This document shows positions 1 through 12,411 of a stretch of DNA of 64,000 nucleotides, piece after piece. Every line of letters starts with the position of its first letter. The stretch's first letter is position 1. This DNA is from Mobula hypostoma (lineage: Eukaryota), in assembly GCF_963921235.1 (NCBI RefSeq), contig NC_086097.1, positions 217,374,001-217,438,000 of the forward strand, in the 5' to 3' direction. The notes beneath the pieces were generated by a model. The model searched no databases. It was not told where the DNA came from and saw only the letters and a list, made by a program, of their open reading frames with translations. The position numbers and the translations under genes are program-made.

Positions 1-238
1 GAGAGAGGATCAAGAAAAGACTTACAAGAATAGCTCCTGGGGTAACGGACTACAGTTATAAAGATTGATTGGAGAACCTGGAGATTTGATATTGCTGAGT
101 GGGGTGGATGGAACATCAGCTTCCCTTATATTGGTTAGAATAGGGCTGGATCAAAGGTGGTGACAGATCAGCATGTAGGAGGAAGATTGAAAACCTGGCT
201 GAATGGTGCCACAACAAGCTCTTACTCAATGTCAGCAA

Positions 239-366
239 GACGAAGGGTCTCGGCCTGAAACGTCGACTGTACCTCTTTCTAGAGATGCTGCCTGGCCTGC
301 TGCGTTCACCAGCAACTTTGATGTGTGTTGCTTGAATTTCCAGCATCTGCAGAATTCCTGTTGTTT
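239..366 (+). mobile_element. Penelope-like 3' terminal repeat fragment (hammerhead motif, 5'-truncated)
   Basis: GACGAAGGGTCTCGGCCTGAAACGTCGACTG...; near identical to 6777-6893 and to the terminus of the GIY-YIG-bearing copy at 38512-39137. Confidence 0.8.
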
Positions 367-392
367 ACTTTGCAATATGTCGCTTAACATAC

Positions 393-613
393 CTTCCAGG
401 AAGCAATTTTGCTATCTCTGCCCAACGATTTCCAAGACGCTTATGTGCCTCATATATTATTTTATCTTCTTCTTCTGTCCAAGAAGACTTCTTGACTTCA
501 GGATTTAAATGATTGTGCCACCTTTCCCGACACTGTTTTCCAATCCTGCCTTTTAGGTATTTAGCAATTAGTGACCATCTTTTTGGACCATATTTCTGCA
601 CTAATTCAATTAC
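393..613 (-). CDS. MYBL1: MYBL1 coding exon 5 (gene continues off the left edge of the window)
   Basis: cag|VIELVQKYGPKRWSLIAKYLKGRIGKQCRERWHNHLNPEVKKSSWTEEEDKIIYEAHKRLGNRWAEIAKLLPG-R|gtatgt; 221 nt. KKSSW and IIYEAHKRLG are A-Myb-type residues. Confidence 0.97.
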
Positions 614-1909
614 CTGTGATAAGGCAGAACAAAAGTAAAGTTGAAATATTATACCACAAGTATCCAATTCCATACATTGTACTGTTTGAAATAAAATTAG
701 CCTGATTAGCAAAAGAAAAATTATCTGATAATCCCAAACAGGAGATCTTATGTAAATTTTCACTTAGATTTTGTGATATATGGAATATTTTCTTTTTCAT
801 CATCCTCAAATTTCTTCCATCCTTAATGCATTAATTCTCCCGAGGTACAGCCTATAAATGTTGGTATCCTCTTACACAAATACATATTCTTTTCTTATAA
901 GCTTAGGTGAGTAAATTATGAAAAATTTACTTTCAGAAACCTATCCTCAATTCAAATATCTACCAATGCAGCTAAAACTAGTCGTCTCATGGGAATGAGA
1001 GAATACCTTATCTATATGGTCTAGCTTCTCATTTACTTAGTCAAATGATCAATTAACATGAATTACTCGTATGTTTCTATGTGATTTCCTCTCCAGTTCA
1101 CAAAACAAGACAAGTTAAATTCTGTGTTATTTCAAAATTTTAAATGGAAATTCCATGCAAATAGTTTCTCAAAAGCTTAAATTTATCCTTAAAACATACA
1201 CATCTGGATCAGCATTGCCACATAGATCATATTGAATGCTAACTGCTGATGTATACATCAGAACTTAAGGGAATTGCCAACTTTCAGCTGAGCTAGATAG
1301 GTGCAGACTAGAGCAGGCCTTGCCATGAAGATTGGACATGCCAAGATTCTCAAGGCATTATTCTGGGGGATCCAATGCAGCTGTCCCGTGAAAGATTGGT
1401 AAAGGTTATTTCAGTCCATCGTTTTAATGAAGAATATTCTTACTATTTCTGGTTACTTTAAATGTTTTAATTTGCTTCATTAACTCTATTCTCAATTTTT
1501 CAAGCAGTTTGATTACTTAATTATTTAAAAAAAAAATTCATAATTTTGCTTAAAGTGTTTCTAGCTTCTAGGGATATTTTAAAATGAAATTAAGTCTTCA
1601 CCCCTTAGCTCCAGTTATGGTATTTTGGTTCTAGGTCTCAATGGTATGCCATCAGAGGCCTGGTCACAACCCACATCTTGCCTCTGGGCAGAAGTCACCA
1701 GCCTGTCCTCTAGAACAGTGGTCCCCAACCACCGGGCCACAAAGCACGTGCTACCGGGCCGCGAGGAAACGATATGATTTGGCAATATGAAACGATATGA
1801 GTCAGCTGCACCTTTCCTCATTCCCTGTCACGCCCACTGTTGAACTTGAACGCACGCGAGGTCATCAGTCGGTCATTAACCTACAACTACTCAATGAGTA
1901 AAAAAACAA

Positions 1910-4562
1910 ATGTCGCTTGAGAGTTTCTTTGGAAGAGGTGGTAGGGGACATAAAAGGCCTAATGGTGATGATAACGCAGAGACAGCTGAGGTCAAGACTG
2001 CAAAAAAAAAAGCTTCCTTCAACAGAAACTACGACAAGTTATACATAAAATTTGGCTTTATTGCAAACGGTGACTCACACGCTCCAAGCCCGTGTGTGAT
2101 ATGTGGAGACAAGCTGTCTAATGAGGCAATGAAGGCCTCAAAACTGCTTTGGCACCTTGAGTCCAAGCACCCTGCACTTAAAGACAAACCCGTCGAGTTT
2201 TTTGAGCGGAAAAAATGTGAGCAAGCGGGACAGAAGCAAGTGCTGAGAGTGTTACGCACCCTGTAACTGGGTTGCCAAACCAGCAGAAATGGAACGCTCG
2301 TTGGAGTCTGGATTACTAGGAACTAATAAAGTTTTATTAAAAAATAAGTAATACAGTACACTAATCGTAAGGATATAAATGTAACAGGTTGGCAATGATA
2401 ATACACACATATGCACAGAACTAGGGTAATAGGAATCAACCAAGCTCTATCGCAGTCTAGGGGTAAAATGATCAGTCTTAAGTGAAGCAGAGTTCAGTTC
2501 AGTTTAGTGCAGTTCGCGGTAATCGCTGTTGTCGTACCGTTGGGGGGGGGAGGAGGAAGACAGAGAGACAGAGAGAGAGAGAGAGAGAGATAGATATGCA
2601 ATTTGGTTTCAGGCAGACCTTTTGATGTCTTCGCAGTTGGTTTCGGGCAGAACCCGGCACCCAGGCAAGGGCGAACACACACCCCAGGTTCCACCGATCG
2701 TACCTTTACACCCTGTGAGCCTCTGGTCGGTTCCTGCGAACCAGTCCTCCAAACTCTCACCCACTTGTGGGGGCACACTGCTCTTTCCAGGGTCTCGTGG
2801 TGTGTCTCGTGCCTTAGCAAACCTGCTCCTTTTATCCCCCTGCTGGGGTATCACCTGTCCATCAAACTTCAAACAGTTCAGGTTCAAAGCAACCGGTCTG
2901 TCAATATCTGAATTGTGTTTCTTTCCCGTTAATCCCTCTCTTCTCTCTTATTAGCATTTTGAATGTTTCTCCATTGTCTTTCTTATCTCTCTCATTAGCA
3001 TCATCCGTCCGGTACCTCTGCTTGGCGTCACACATGACAAGAGTCACCACCTCCACAAATGCTGCTGCCCTGAGAGCATCGTACTTAGTGGCTAGCCGTA
3101 TTGGTAAGGCCAAGAAGCCTTTCACTGTTGGTGAAGAATTGATTCTGTCTGCTGCCAAAGACATGTGCCGTGAACTGTTGGGAGAAGCTGCAACTAACAA
3201 GATGGCACAGGTTTCTCTTTCAGCTACCACAGTTTCAAGGAGAATCAATGATACAACGGAGGACATCGAAGCACAGCTGTTGGAATGGCTTAACGAGTCA
3301 CCGTGGTATGCTATCCAGGTCGGCGAGTCTACCGATGTCGACAACAAGGCAACACTATGTGCGATATATCTCAAGACGACATGCACGAGGATACGTTGTG
3401 TGCACTGCCGCTGCCAACTAACATAACTGGGGCAGAACTACTCAAGTCTTTGAATGACTACATGTCAGGCAAACTGGACTGGTCATTCTGTGCTGGAATA
3501 TGCACAGACTGGGCTGCAGCTTTGACTGGTCGGCTGTCTGGTTTCACTACCCAAGTCAAAGAGGTTGCTCCTGAATGCCAGCCTACACACTGTGTCATAC
3601 ACAGGAAAATGCTGGCTAGCCAAAAAATATCACCTGATCTTAACAGCATATTGAGTGACGTTGTTGAATTTATCAATCACACCAAAGCAAAACCCCTTAA
3701 CTCATGTCTGTTTGAGCATCTTTGCGAGGAAATGGATGCAGAGCACAAACGCCTTCTCAAACACACTGAAGTCAGGTGGCTATCTAGGGGGAGAGCCCTA
3801 ACCAGGGTTTTTGAGTTAAGAGAGCAGCTACAGAGATTTCTTTCAGGAAAAAAGTCACTACTGGCAGCACACTTCAGTGACGAGGAGTGGATAGCAAAAC
3901 TCGCTTATCTGTGTGACATCTTCAACTTGCTCAATGAACTCAATTTGTCACCTCAGGGGAGAATGACACCTGTCTTCAAGTTGGCAGATAAAGTGTCTGC
4001 TCTCAAAGCCAAACTGGAACTGTGGGGACGGCGAGTGGACAGGGGCATATTTGACATATTCCCAACATTAGCTGGGATTTTGGGAGAGACTGAGGCTGCA
4101 CCATCTTTCTCACAGCTGGTGCGCGATCACCTATCTTCGCTGTCGACAGAATTCGAGCATTACTTTCCAACCGCAAATGACCCAAGACGTGCAAAGGAAT
4201 GGGTCTGTGACCCATTTGTGAATGTCCCTAGTGAATCATCCATGTCAGCATGGGAAGAAGATCAATTCCTCGAGTTTGCTAATGACGGTGGGCTGAAAAG
4301 TATGTTTGACATAAGATCTCTGCCGGCATTCTGGATCAAAGTCAAGGCTGAATATCCTGAGATAGCCACAAAAGCACTGAAAACGTTGCCTCCATTTCCA
4401 ACATCATATCTCTGTGAAGTGGGGTTTTCTGTCATGAATGCAACAAAAACTAAATTGCGGAATAGACCGGACATAAGGAACCTCCTTCGAGTATCGCTGT
4501 CTCCCATCACCCCTCGATGGGTCTGTCTTGTTGCAGGAAAACAAGCCCAGGGCTCCCACTGA
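1910..4562 (+). pseudogene. Disrupted hAT transposase (ZBED5/Buster-like)
   Basis: Split by a solo LTR and by a frameshift near 3360. The first catalytic motif reads QVGESTD (typically QLDESTD) and TDGA reads TDWA. Confidence 0.88.
2250..3039 (-). mobile_element. Solo LTR inserted in the hAT transposase
   Basis: TGTTA...TGACA termini and 4-bp TSD AGAG (2246-2249 / 3040-3043). Removal restores QVLR-VTTSTNAAALRASY. Internal (GA)n. Confidence 0.9.
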
Positions 4563-6711
4563 TTCAGCGATATTGGTGTGTTGCAATGATTTTATATGTT
4601 CATACGAGGAAAATATGCGCTGTGTGTTTAATATCCAAACATTACTTAAAATGTTATGATGCTATTGACTTATCACTATATTCACGCGAGGAAAATATGC
4701 GCTGTGTGTTTAATATTAAATTCGTTAGATAAACCTTTTTAAAAACAAAATTGACTATATTTCCAATTTCCCCCGGGATCAATAAAGCATGACTATGACT
4801 ATTAGCCACTTGTAAGTGACTTATAGTTGACTTATCACCTATATTCTGGTCGTGATTAACCCCCCCCCCCCACCAAGTCGGCCGGTCCGCGGTGCAGAAA
4901 AGGTTGGGGACCCCTGCTCTAGATACAGACCAGGTCAGTACAAGCAAACAGCCACTGCAGACAGCAAGCTGAATCCAGCTCAATTTAACCAGTCTGAATT
5001 TTACTATTGACAGCAAACAGACAAGACTCATCACTGACCTTGAAGAAAATTGAATCAAAAAGATTTTGGAATCTTTTTTCTAACAAAGTTACTGCAGATA
5101 TTAATTAAGAAGACCTCTGCTATTCAACAATACTAATGTCAACATGCTGACTGAGCTGCCAATCACATTGAAAATTTTTCATTAACAGCTATTATAATAC
5201 AAAAACATTTCATACTATTAAATCAACATTTGAAAATACACACAATTAAGATGGAAGCTTAAATTGAGAGAGAAAATAAAATACTATATCTTGGAACATT
5301 TATCCTACAGAATTTGTAGACCACCAAGAAAAGCTTGTTTATGGCCAGGCAGTTTACAGTGATTGTAACTTAGAAAACCATTAAGAATTCACTCACAGCT
5401 CATAACTGTGCATGATATTTTCAGAGTATTTCACAGTAAATCTGCTTTGTCAGTATTTGATATTCTCTTTGGTTTATTTCTTTTCCCTGAAATGTGGAAG
5501 TGTAGGATACAAAATAGCAGAGACAGAAGCAGCAGCTTCAGAAACTCCACAATGAAATACACATGCACACAATCCTGAAAATACCTGATCTGCAACAATG
5601 TAACAAAGATGAACATCGATTAGTTTCTTTCAACCCTATTATTACAGACAGAATCCAGAGCCACGTATCCAATTATGTATAATTAGATTAAAAAAAACAA
5701 TCTAAACTCAACAGGAATGCAAGTGATTATTCTTTTTCCCCCATATCCAATCATTTCTATAAACATAACATTCTCAAACATGCTATTAATCTGGACAAGG
5801 ACAAAACACAAAATATTGAACAGAAACAAAGTACATACAGCAATATTACAAAAAAAATCTTCCTACAGGGATAAATTGCCAAGACTTACCAGCAAAGCAC
5901 TCAGACCGGTTTCAAACTTAACTGTGTTACAATACACTTCCTATCCAAACCCAAGTAGGTTCTACCACTTCCAATTGCTAGGTCACACTCCAAAGAGAAC
6001 AACATTGCACTAATGAGCCCTGCTTTCCCAGTGCAATCATGATATACAGGATAGAGCTACAGCTCTATGTAGCTATAAATTTAGCTGCACAAAAGAACAA
6101 ATGGCTTGCATATTCTTTCCCAGGGAAGGAATAACCTCTATCTTTTATAGTGATAGCTTGCAATAATAATGAAAAATTGTAACATTTACCCTTAGAAACT
6201 TTACATAAAAAATAACATGGTGTCGACCTGTATGTCTAGTCAAAAATACGGAAATCAGGGATACATTATTGAAAGATCTCTACAGTATTAATATATTAAG
6301 TGTATATTTTTCTTCACATATTTAAAACTTCTTCCGGAAAGAAGAGACATCGTTTTTAAAAAGATAGGCATGGGTCCACTTTTACACAGAAGGAGGCAAA
6401 AGACAAGAAATTATAGACCACTTTGGCACATGATAAAATAGGCCAAAGTCAGCATGGCTTCCTTAAGATGAAATCTTGCCTTACAAGCATGTTGAAATTC
6501 TTTGAGTAAGTAACAGGCAGGATAGACAAGAAGAGTGTCAGTGGATGTTGTACAAAACCTACTGCTAAACAAGAGCCCATGGTATTACAGCAAAGATACT
6601 AGCATGGACACAAGATTGGCTGATAGGCAGAAAGCAGAGTGGGAATAAATGGAGCCTTTTCTGGCTGGCTGCCAATAGCAATGGTGTTCCACAGGGGTCG
6701 GTATTGAGTTT

Positions 6712-6893
6712 CAGGCCAAGCAGCATCTATAGGAAGAGGCGCAGTCGACGTTTCAGGCCGAGACCCTTCGTCAGGATCTCGGCCTGAAACGTCGACTGCG
6801 CCTCTTCCTATAGATGCTGCTTGGCCTGCTGCGTTCACCAGCAACTTTGATGTGTGTTGCTTGAATTTCCAGCATCTGCAGAATTCCTGTTGT
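6712..6893. mobile_element. Penelope terminal-repeat insertion with an inverted partial copy
   Basis: 14-bp TSD TCGGTATTGAGTTT (6698-6711 / 6894-6907). Arms 6712-6763 and 6777-6828 form a perfect 52-bp inverted repeat. Confidence 0.85.
6742..6776 (-). ncRNA. Minimal type I hammerhead ribozyme motif (PLE type)
   Basis: TC-CTGACGA-AGG GTCTCGG CCT-GAAAC-GTC-GACTG: CUGANGA and GAAA cores, stem II, palindromic ACGU stem III and GUC cleavage triplet. Stem I is only partly retained. Confidence 0.65.
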
Positions 6894-7944
6894 TCGGTAT
6901 TGAGTTTGCTGCTTTTCACATTATACATTAATGATCTAGATGACAAAATTGATGGCTTGTGGCCAAGCTTGCAGATGATACAAAGACAGGTGGAGGGGCA
7001 GGTAATGCTCAGGAAGCAGCAGTATCTGTAGAAGGACATGGAAAGATTAGGAGAATGGTGAAAGGAAGAACAGATTAAATACAGTGCAGGGAATTGTATG
7101 GTTATGCACTTTGGTAGAAGGAAAAAGACATAGATAATTTTGTACATGGAGGGGAATTCAGAAATTGGAGATGCAAAGGGAATTGGGAGTCCTAGTGCAC
7201 AATTCCCTAAGGGTTCATTTGCATATCAAGTCTGTAATAAGGAAGGCAAATGCATTGTTAGCATTCATTTCAGGACTAAAATATAAAAACGAGAATGTAA
7301 TGCTGAAGCTTTATAAGGCATTGGCCAGGCTGCATATGGAGTATTGAGAGCAGTTTTGTGCCCATATCTAAGAAAGGAAGTGTTGGAGATGGTACAGAAG
7401 AGGTTCATGAGTTTGATCCTTGGAATGAAAGGGTTAATGTATGTGGAACATGGAGTGTGTACTCACTGGAATTTAGAAGAATGAGGAAGCATCTCACTGC
7501 TACCAATCAAATATTGAAAAGCAGACATGGAGAGGGCGTTTCCAATAGCAAGACTGTTTAGGACCAGAGGGTACACCCTCAGAATGGAATAACGTCCTCT
7601 TACAGAGATGAGAGAGAATTTATATAGCCAAAAGGTGATGAATCTGTGGAATTCGTTACCACAGACAGCAGCAGAGGGCAGGTCACTGGATACATTTAAA
7701 GTAAAGGTTGATAGATTCTTGATTAGTTTGATTAGTATGGGCATCAAAGGTTACACGGAGGAGACAGGACGACGGAGATGAGAGGGAAAACAAATCAACC
7801 ATGATTGAATGGCAGAGCAGATGTGATGTGCTGAATGGCCTAATTCTGCCTCTATGTCTTATGGCAAAATATGTACAAAAGATTTGAGATTGAAACAAAT
7901 TGACTGGTCTGATAAACTATGATATACCTATGGTAGTTTCATAG

Positions 7945-10020
7945 AGTCATAGAACACTACATCATAGAAATAGGCCCTTCGGCCTATCTAGTCTGTGCCA
8001 AACCATTAATTTGCCTAGACCCATCCACCTGCACTTTCCATACCCATCCATATACCTACCCAAATTTCTCTTAACTGTTGAAATTGACCCTGCACCACCA
8101 TTTGCACTGGCAGGTCATTCTACAGTCCCTCCACCCTCAGAGTGAAGAAGTTCCTTATGTTCCCCTTAAATATTTCACCTTTCACCCTTCATGACCTCTA
8201 GTTGTAGACTCACCCAATGTCAGTGAAAAAAATTTGCTTGCATTTACCATATCTATACCCCTCATAATTTTGTATACCTCTATCAAATCTCCCCTCAATC
8301 TTCTATGTTCTAGGGAAGAGAGTCCTAAGCTATTCAACTTTATAACTCAGGTCCTCAAGTCCCGGTGACATCCTTGTAAATTGATGACCAAAATTGTTAT
8401 AATACTCCAAATTATGCATCACCAACTTGTTATGCAATTTCAACATAACATCCCAGCTCCTGAACTCAATACATTGACTTGCGAAGGCCAACGTTCCAAA
8501 AACAGTGACACCACTTTCAAAGTATGGATCTGTATTTCTAAATTCCTCTGTTCTACTGCAATCCTCAGTGCCCTGCCACTTACCACCCAAGATCTACCCT
8601 GGCTGGTCCTCCCAAAGTACAACACCTCACTCTGTCTACAAGCCTGATAGAGTTCTTTGAGGAGGTGACCAGGCATATAGATGAGGGTAGTGCAGTGGAT
8701 GTGATCTATATGGATTTTAGTAAGGCATTTGACAAGGTTCCACACGGTAGGCTTATTCAGAAAGTTAGAAGGCATGGGATCCAGGGAAGTTTGGCCAGGT
8801 GGATTCAGAATTGGCTTGCCTGCAGAAGGCAGAGGGTGGTGGTGGAGGGTGTACATTCAGATTGGAGGATTGTGACTAGTGGTGTCCCACAAGGATTTGT
8901 TCTGGGACCTCTACTTTTCGTGATTTTTATTAACAACCTGGATGTGGGGGTAGAAGGGTGGGTTGGCAAGTTTGCAGATGACACAAAGGTTGGTCGTGTT
9001 GTAGATAGTGTAGAGGATTGTCAAAGATTGCAGAGAGACATTGATAGGATGCAGAAGTGGGCTGAGAAGTGGCAGATGGAGTTCAACCCAGAGAAGTGTG
9101 AGGTGGTACACTTTAGAAGGACAAACTCCAAGGCAGAGTACAAAGTAAATGGCAGGATACTTGGTAGTGTGAAGGAGCAGAGGGATCTCGGGGTACATGT
9201 CCACAGATCCCTGAAAGTTGCCTCACAGGTGGATAGGGTAGTTAAGAAAGCTTATGGGGTGTTAGCTTTCATAAGTCGAGGGATAGAGTTTAAGAGTCGC
9301 GGTGTAATGATGCAGCTCTATAAAACTCTGGTTAGGCCACACTTGGAGTATTGTGTCCAGTTCTGGTCACCTCATTATAGGAAGGATGTGGAAGCATTGG
9401 AAAGGGTACAGAGGAGATTTACCAGGATGCTGCTTGGTTTAGAAAGTATGCATTATGATCAGAGATTAAGGGAGCTAGGGCTTTACTCTTTGGAGAGGAG
9501 GAGGATGAGAGGAGACATGATAGAGGTGTACAAGATAATAAGAGGGATAGAGTGGATAGCCAGCACCTCTTCCCCAGGGCACCACTGCTCAATACAAGAG
9601 GACATGGCTTTAAGGTAAGGGTTGGGAAGTTCAAGAGGGATATTAGAGGAAGGTTTTTTACTCAGAGTGGTTGGTGCGTGGAATACACTGCCTGAGTCAG
9701 TGGTGGAGGCAGATACACTAGTGAAGTTTAAGAGACTACTAGACAGGTATATGGAGGAATCTAAGGTGGGGGCTTATATGGGAGGCAGGGTTTGAGGGTC
9801 GGCTCAACAATGTAGGCCAAAGGGCCTGTACTGTGCTGTTCTATTCTATGTTCTATGTTCTATTAAATTCCATTTGCCATTTTTCAATCCATTTTTCTAG
9901 CTGGTCCATATGCCACTGCAAGCTTTGATAGTCTTCATCATTGTCCACTACACCCTCAGTTTTGGTGTAATCCACAAATTTGCTGATCCAGTTTACCACA
10001 TTATCATCCTGATTGTTGAC
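7945..10020 (-). mobile_element. Older CR1 LINE, host of the 8640-9861 insertion
   Basis: Reverse-strand CR1 3' end with (CATAGA) tail at ~7945. Sequence resumes after 9861 (...cactctgtcta | ttaaattccat...). Confidence 0.8.
8640..9861 (+). mobile_element. Young 5'-truncated CR1 LINE (RT ORF 8665-9618)
   Basis: YMDFSKAFDKVPH, GVPQG, KFADDTK, LVRPHLEYCVQFWSP; (CTATGTT)n tail at 9840-9861. Confidence 0.95.
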
Positions 10021-10048
10021 TGATAATTCAGGTTTAAATTCTTCTTAC

Positions 10049-10141
10049 CTTTTGATCTTCTTCTTTGGTCCATGGTCCTTTTATTAATTCTGGATTCAAA
10101 ACTTTCTGCCATCGATGCTGACATTGCACATCTGTTCGGTT
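10049..10141 (-). CDS. MYBL1: MYBL1 coding exon 4
   Basis: tag|NRTDVQCQHRWQKVLNPELIKGPWTKEEDQK|gtaaga; 93 nt, R1/R2 junction. Confidence 0.97.
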
Positions 10142-11030
10142 CTATAATATTTTACAAATTCTTGATTAGATAGGTAAAGGTAGTTTCATTAATCAAATCA
10201 AGTTTTCAGGATTATATCTGTAAATAAGTTCAATAAAGAATCAAAGGATTTAATAGCACAAAAGAGGATCTTCCGTTTAGTTACCACCTGAATTGGAAAA
10301 TATAAGGGCTAAAGCAGGACGTATGCCCTTAAGAGATGCACACAATAACTTCCAGCCAGGTGTACCACCATTCTGGATAAATGCAAGCAACAAACACTGT
10401 CATTCCAACCAATGATGTAGATGTTACACTGCCTGTATGGCTAATACAGTGATTTGTAAAATTATTCAGCACCCAACCCTTTATTCACATAAGTGAGTAT
10501 TACTGAGCGTTACTAAACTCAATTTAACTGAAGTTTTTACTTGTGGATTACATGCTGCACTCACCCCCCCCCCCACACACACACACACACACAAAATAGG
10601 GCAAAATTGTAAAGCAAGAAAAAGTAAAAATTAAAAAACTGAAATGTCAGCAGTTCAAAAGTATTCATCCCCTTTTGCTCATTACTTAGTTGAACCAGCT
10701 ATTACAGCCAGTAGTCTTTTTGGATACCTCTCCATTAGCTTTGCACAACGTGTTGGAGCAAGATTTGCCCATTCCAAAATTATTTAAGCTGTACCAAGTT
10801 AGTTGGAAGCGATGGTGAACAGCAATCACGAGGTCTTGCCAGAGATGTTCATTCGGGTTAAGGTCTGGACTCTGGCTGAGCCACTTGAGGACATCAAGTG
10901 ACTTGATTTGAAGTCACTCAACAGTTGCTCTGGCAGTGTGCTTTGGGTTGGTGCCCTGCTGAAATATGAGTTTCCTCCTCAGTTTAAGCTTTCTGGCAGA
11001 GGCTAGTAAGTTTTTATTCAGGATCTCTCC

Positions 11031-12013
11031 TATTATGCTGAGGACAGACATTCTCCAGGGCTGTGTGTTCAGCCGCTGCTGCGCACAATGCTGACACGTG
11101 ACTGTGTCACAGGATTCAGCTCAAATCATACTTGCAGATGACACAACAGTGGTTGGCCTGATCAACAACGATGATACGTCCGAGTACAGAGAGAAAGTGG
11201 AGCAGCTGGTGGCCTGGTGTGAAAACAACAATGCAAGTCTGAAAGGGGAGAAGACCAAGGAAATGATTGTGGACTTTAGGAAGGTGCAGAAGAACTATCT
11301 CCCTCTGCACATATATGGGTCCTCTGTAGAAAAGTTAAGTGCACCAAGTTCCTGGCAGTTCAGATCACAGACAAGCCTCACCTGATCTCCTTGAATAAGG
11401 CGGCCCAGCAGCACCTCCACTTCCTGAGGAGATTGAGGCAAGTTAGGTATCAACCCCCACAAATTAACTGAATTTTACAGGAGCACCATTGAGAGCATCC
11501 TGACAAGCCGCATCTCCATCTGGAATGGGAGCAGCAGAAATTGAACTGAAAGTCCCTAAAAACAGCCAAGAGAATTATAGGGTCATCCATTGGGAACATT
11601 TATCAGAAGCGCTGCATGCACAGGGCCCTTAGCATTATCAAGGATCCCACCCATCCATCCATCCAGCATCCTCTTTAACATTCTACCATCAGGCAGGAGA
11701 CTCTGTGGCATAAACACAAGAACAGTCAGAATAGGAAACAGCTTCTTCCCTGAGACCATTAGGCTTCTGAGCTCCCTGCTGCACCACATTCAAAGTATCA
11801 CCGGATAACTTGTACTGTGCTTGACAAATTTTAATTTATGCACTTTACTTTGTTTATCTATTATCTAATTCATTTGCAGTTTTTAATTCTTACTTTCCCA
11901 AGTTATTGTATTACAAATGCTGTGTGTACTACTGTGCTTTACACCCTGGTCTGGAGAGCCGTCTCGTTTACTGGTACACATGTATACAGTTAAATGACAA
12001 TAAACTTCACTTG
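11031..12013 (+). mobile_element. Rex1/Babar-type LINE 3' part nested in Tc1
   Basis: ADDTTVVGLI..YRE.VEQLVAWCENN..KTKEMIVDFR; LPSGRRL...NSFFPETIRLL; AATAAAC tail. Confidence 0.85.
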
Positions 12014-12331
12014 ATATTTAGCAGCATTCATCTTCCCATCAATCTTGACCAGATTTCTAGGTCGTGCTGCTGAAAAGCATCCCCATAGCATGCTGCTACC
12101 TCCACCATACTTTACAGTAGCTCTGGTGTAACCTGGCTGATGCACAGTATTAGATTTATGCCACTTAGTGTTGAGGCCAAAAAGTTCGCTTTTGTCTCTT
12201 CTGACCACAAGACCTTCTACATCTTTACAGTATCTTCTAAGCAACACTTTGCAATGTCTTTCTTTTCTTTTGGCTAGGGCTTCTTCCTTGCCATTCCTCC
12301 ATAAAAACCCTTTTAGTACAAAGCCTTAAAG

Positions 12332-12411
12332 AAGGGGTCCTTAACCTGGGGTCTATGGACCCCTTGCTTAATGGTAGTGGTTCATGGCATAAAAAAGTAT
12401 GTGAACCCCTG
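12332..12411. mobile_element. Small hAT-type MITE nested in Tc1
   Basis: AGGGGTCCTTAACCT...GAACCCCTG termini resemble the CAGGGGTCCCCAACC TIR. Confidence 0.55.

Larger units (their letters stand above)
1716..4916 (+). mobile_element. hAT (Charlie/Buster-type) DNA transposon, full length, inactivated
   Basis: TIRs CAGTGGTCCCCAACC / GGTTGGGGACCCCTG; 8-bp TSD CTCTAGAA (1708-1715) / CTCTAGAT (4917-4924). Transposase pieces 1910-2249, 3044-3360 and 3370-4562 carry a BED finger (CVICG...HLESKH), HCVIH, EVRWLSRG and YLCEVGFS. Confidence 0.95.
6380..7865 (+). mobile_element. CR1 LINE 3' portion (decayed)
   Basis: RT-region and 3' remnants (SQHGFLK..SCL; GVPQGSVL; LYKALAR.HMEY); interrupted by the Penelope hairpin. 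Confidence 0.85.

Noticed and set aside
614..763. N-terminal part of ORF 365..763 as protein-coding
   Set aside because: Lies upstream of the cag acceptor at 614 with no Myb similarity; intronic read-through.
3303..4562. Domesticated ZBED-type gene
   Set aside because: Retains TIRs and TSD, is split by an LTR, is frameshifted, and has altered catalytic motifs.
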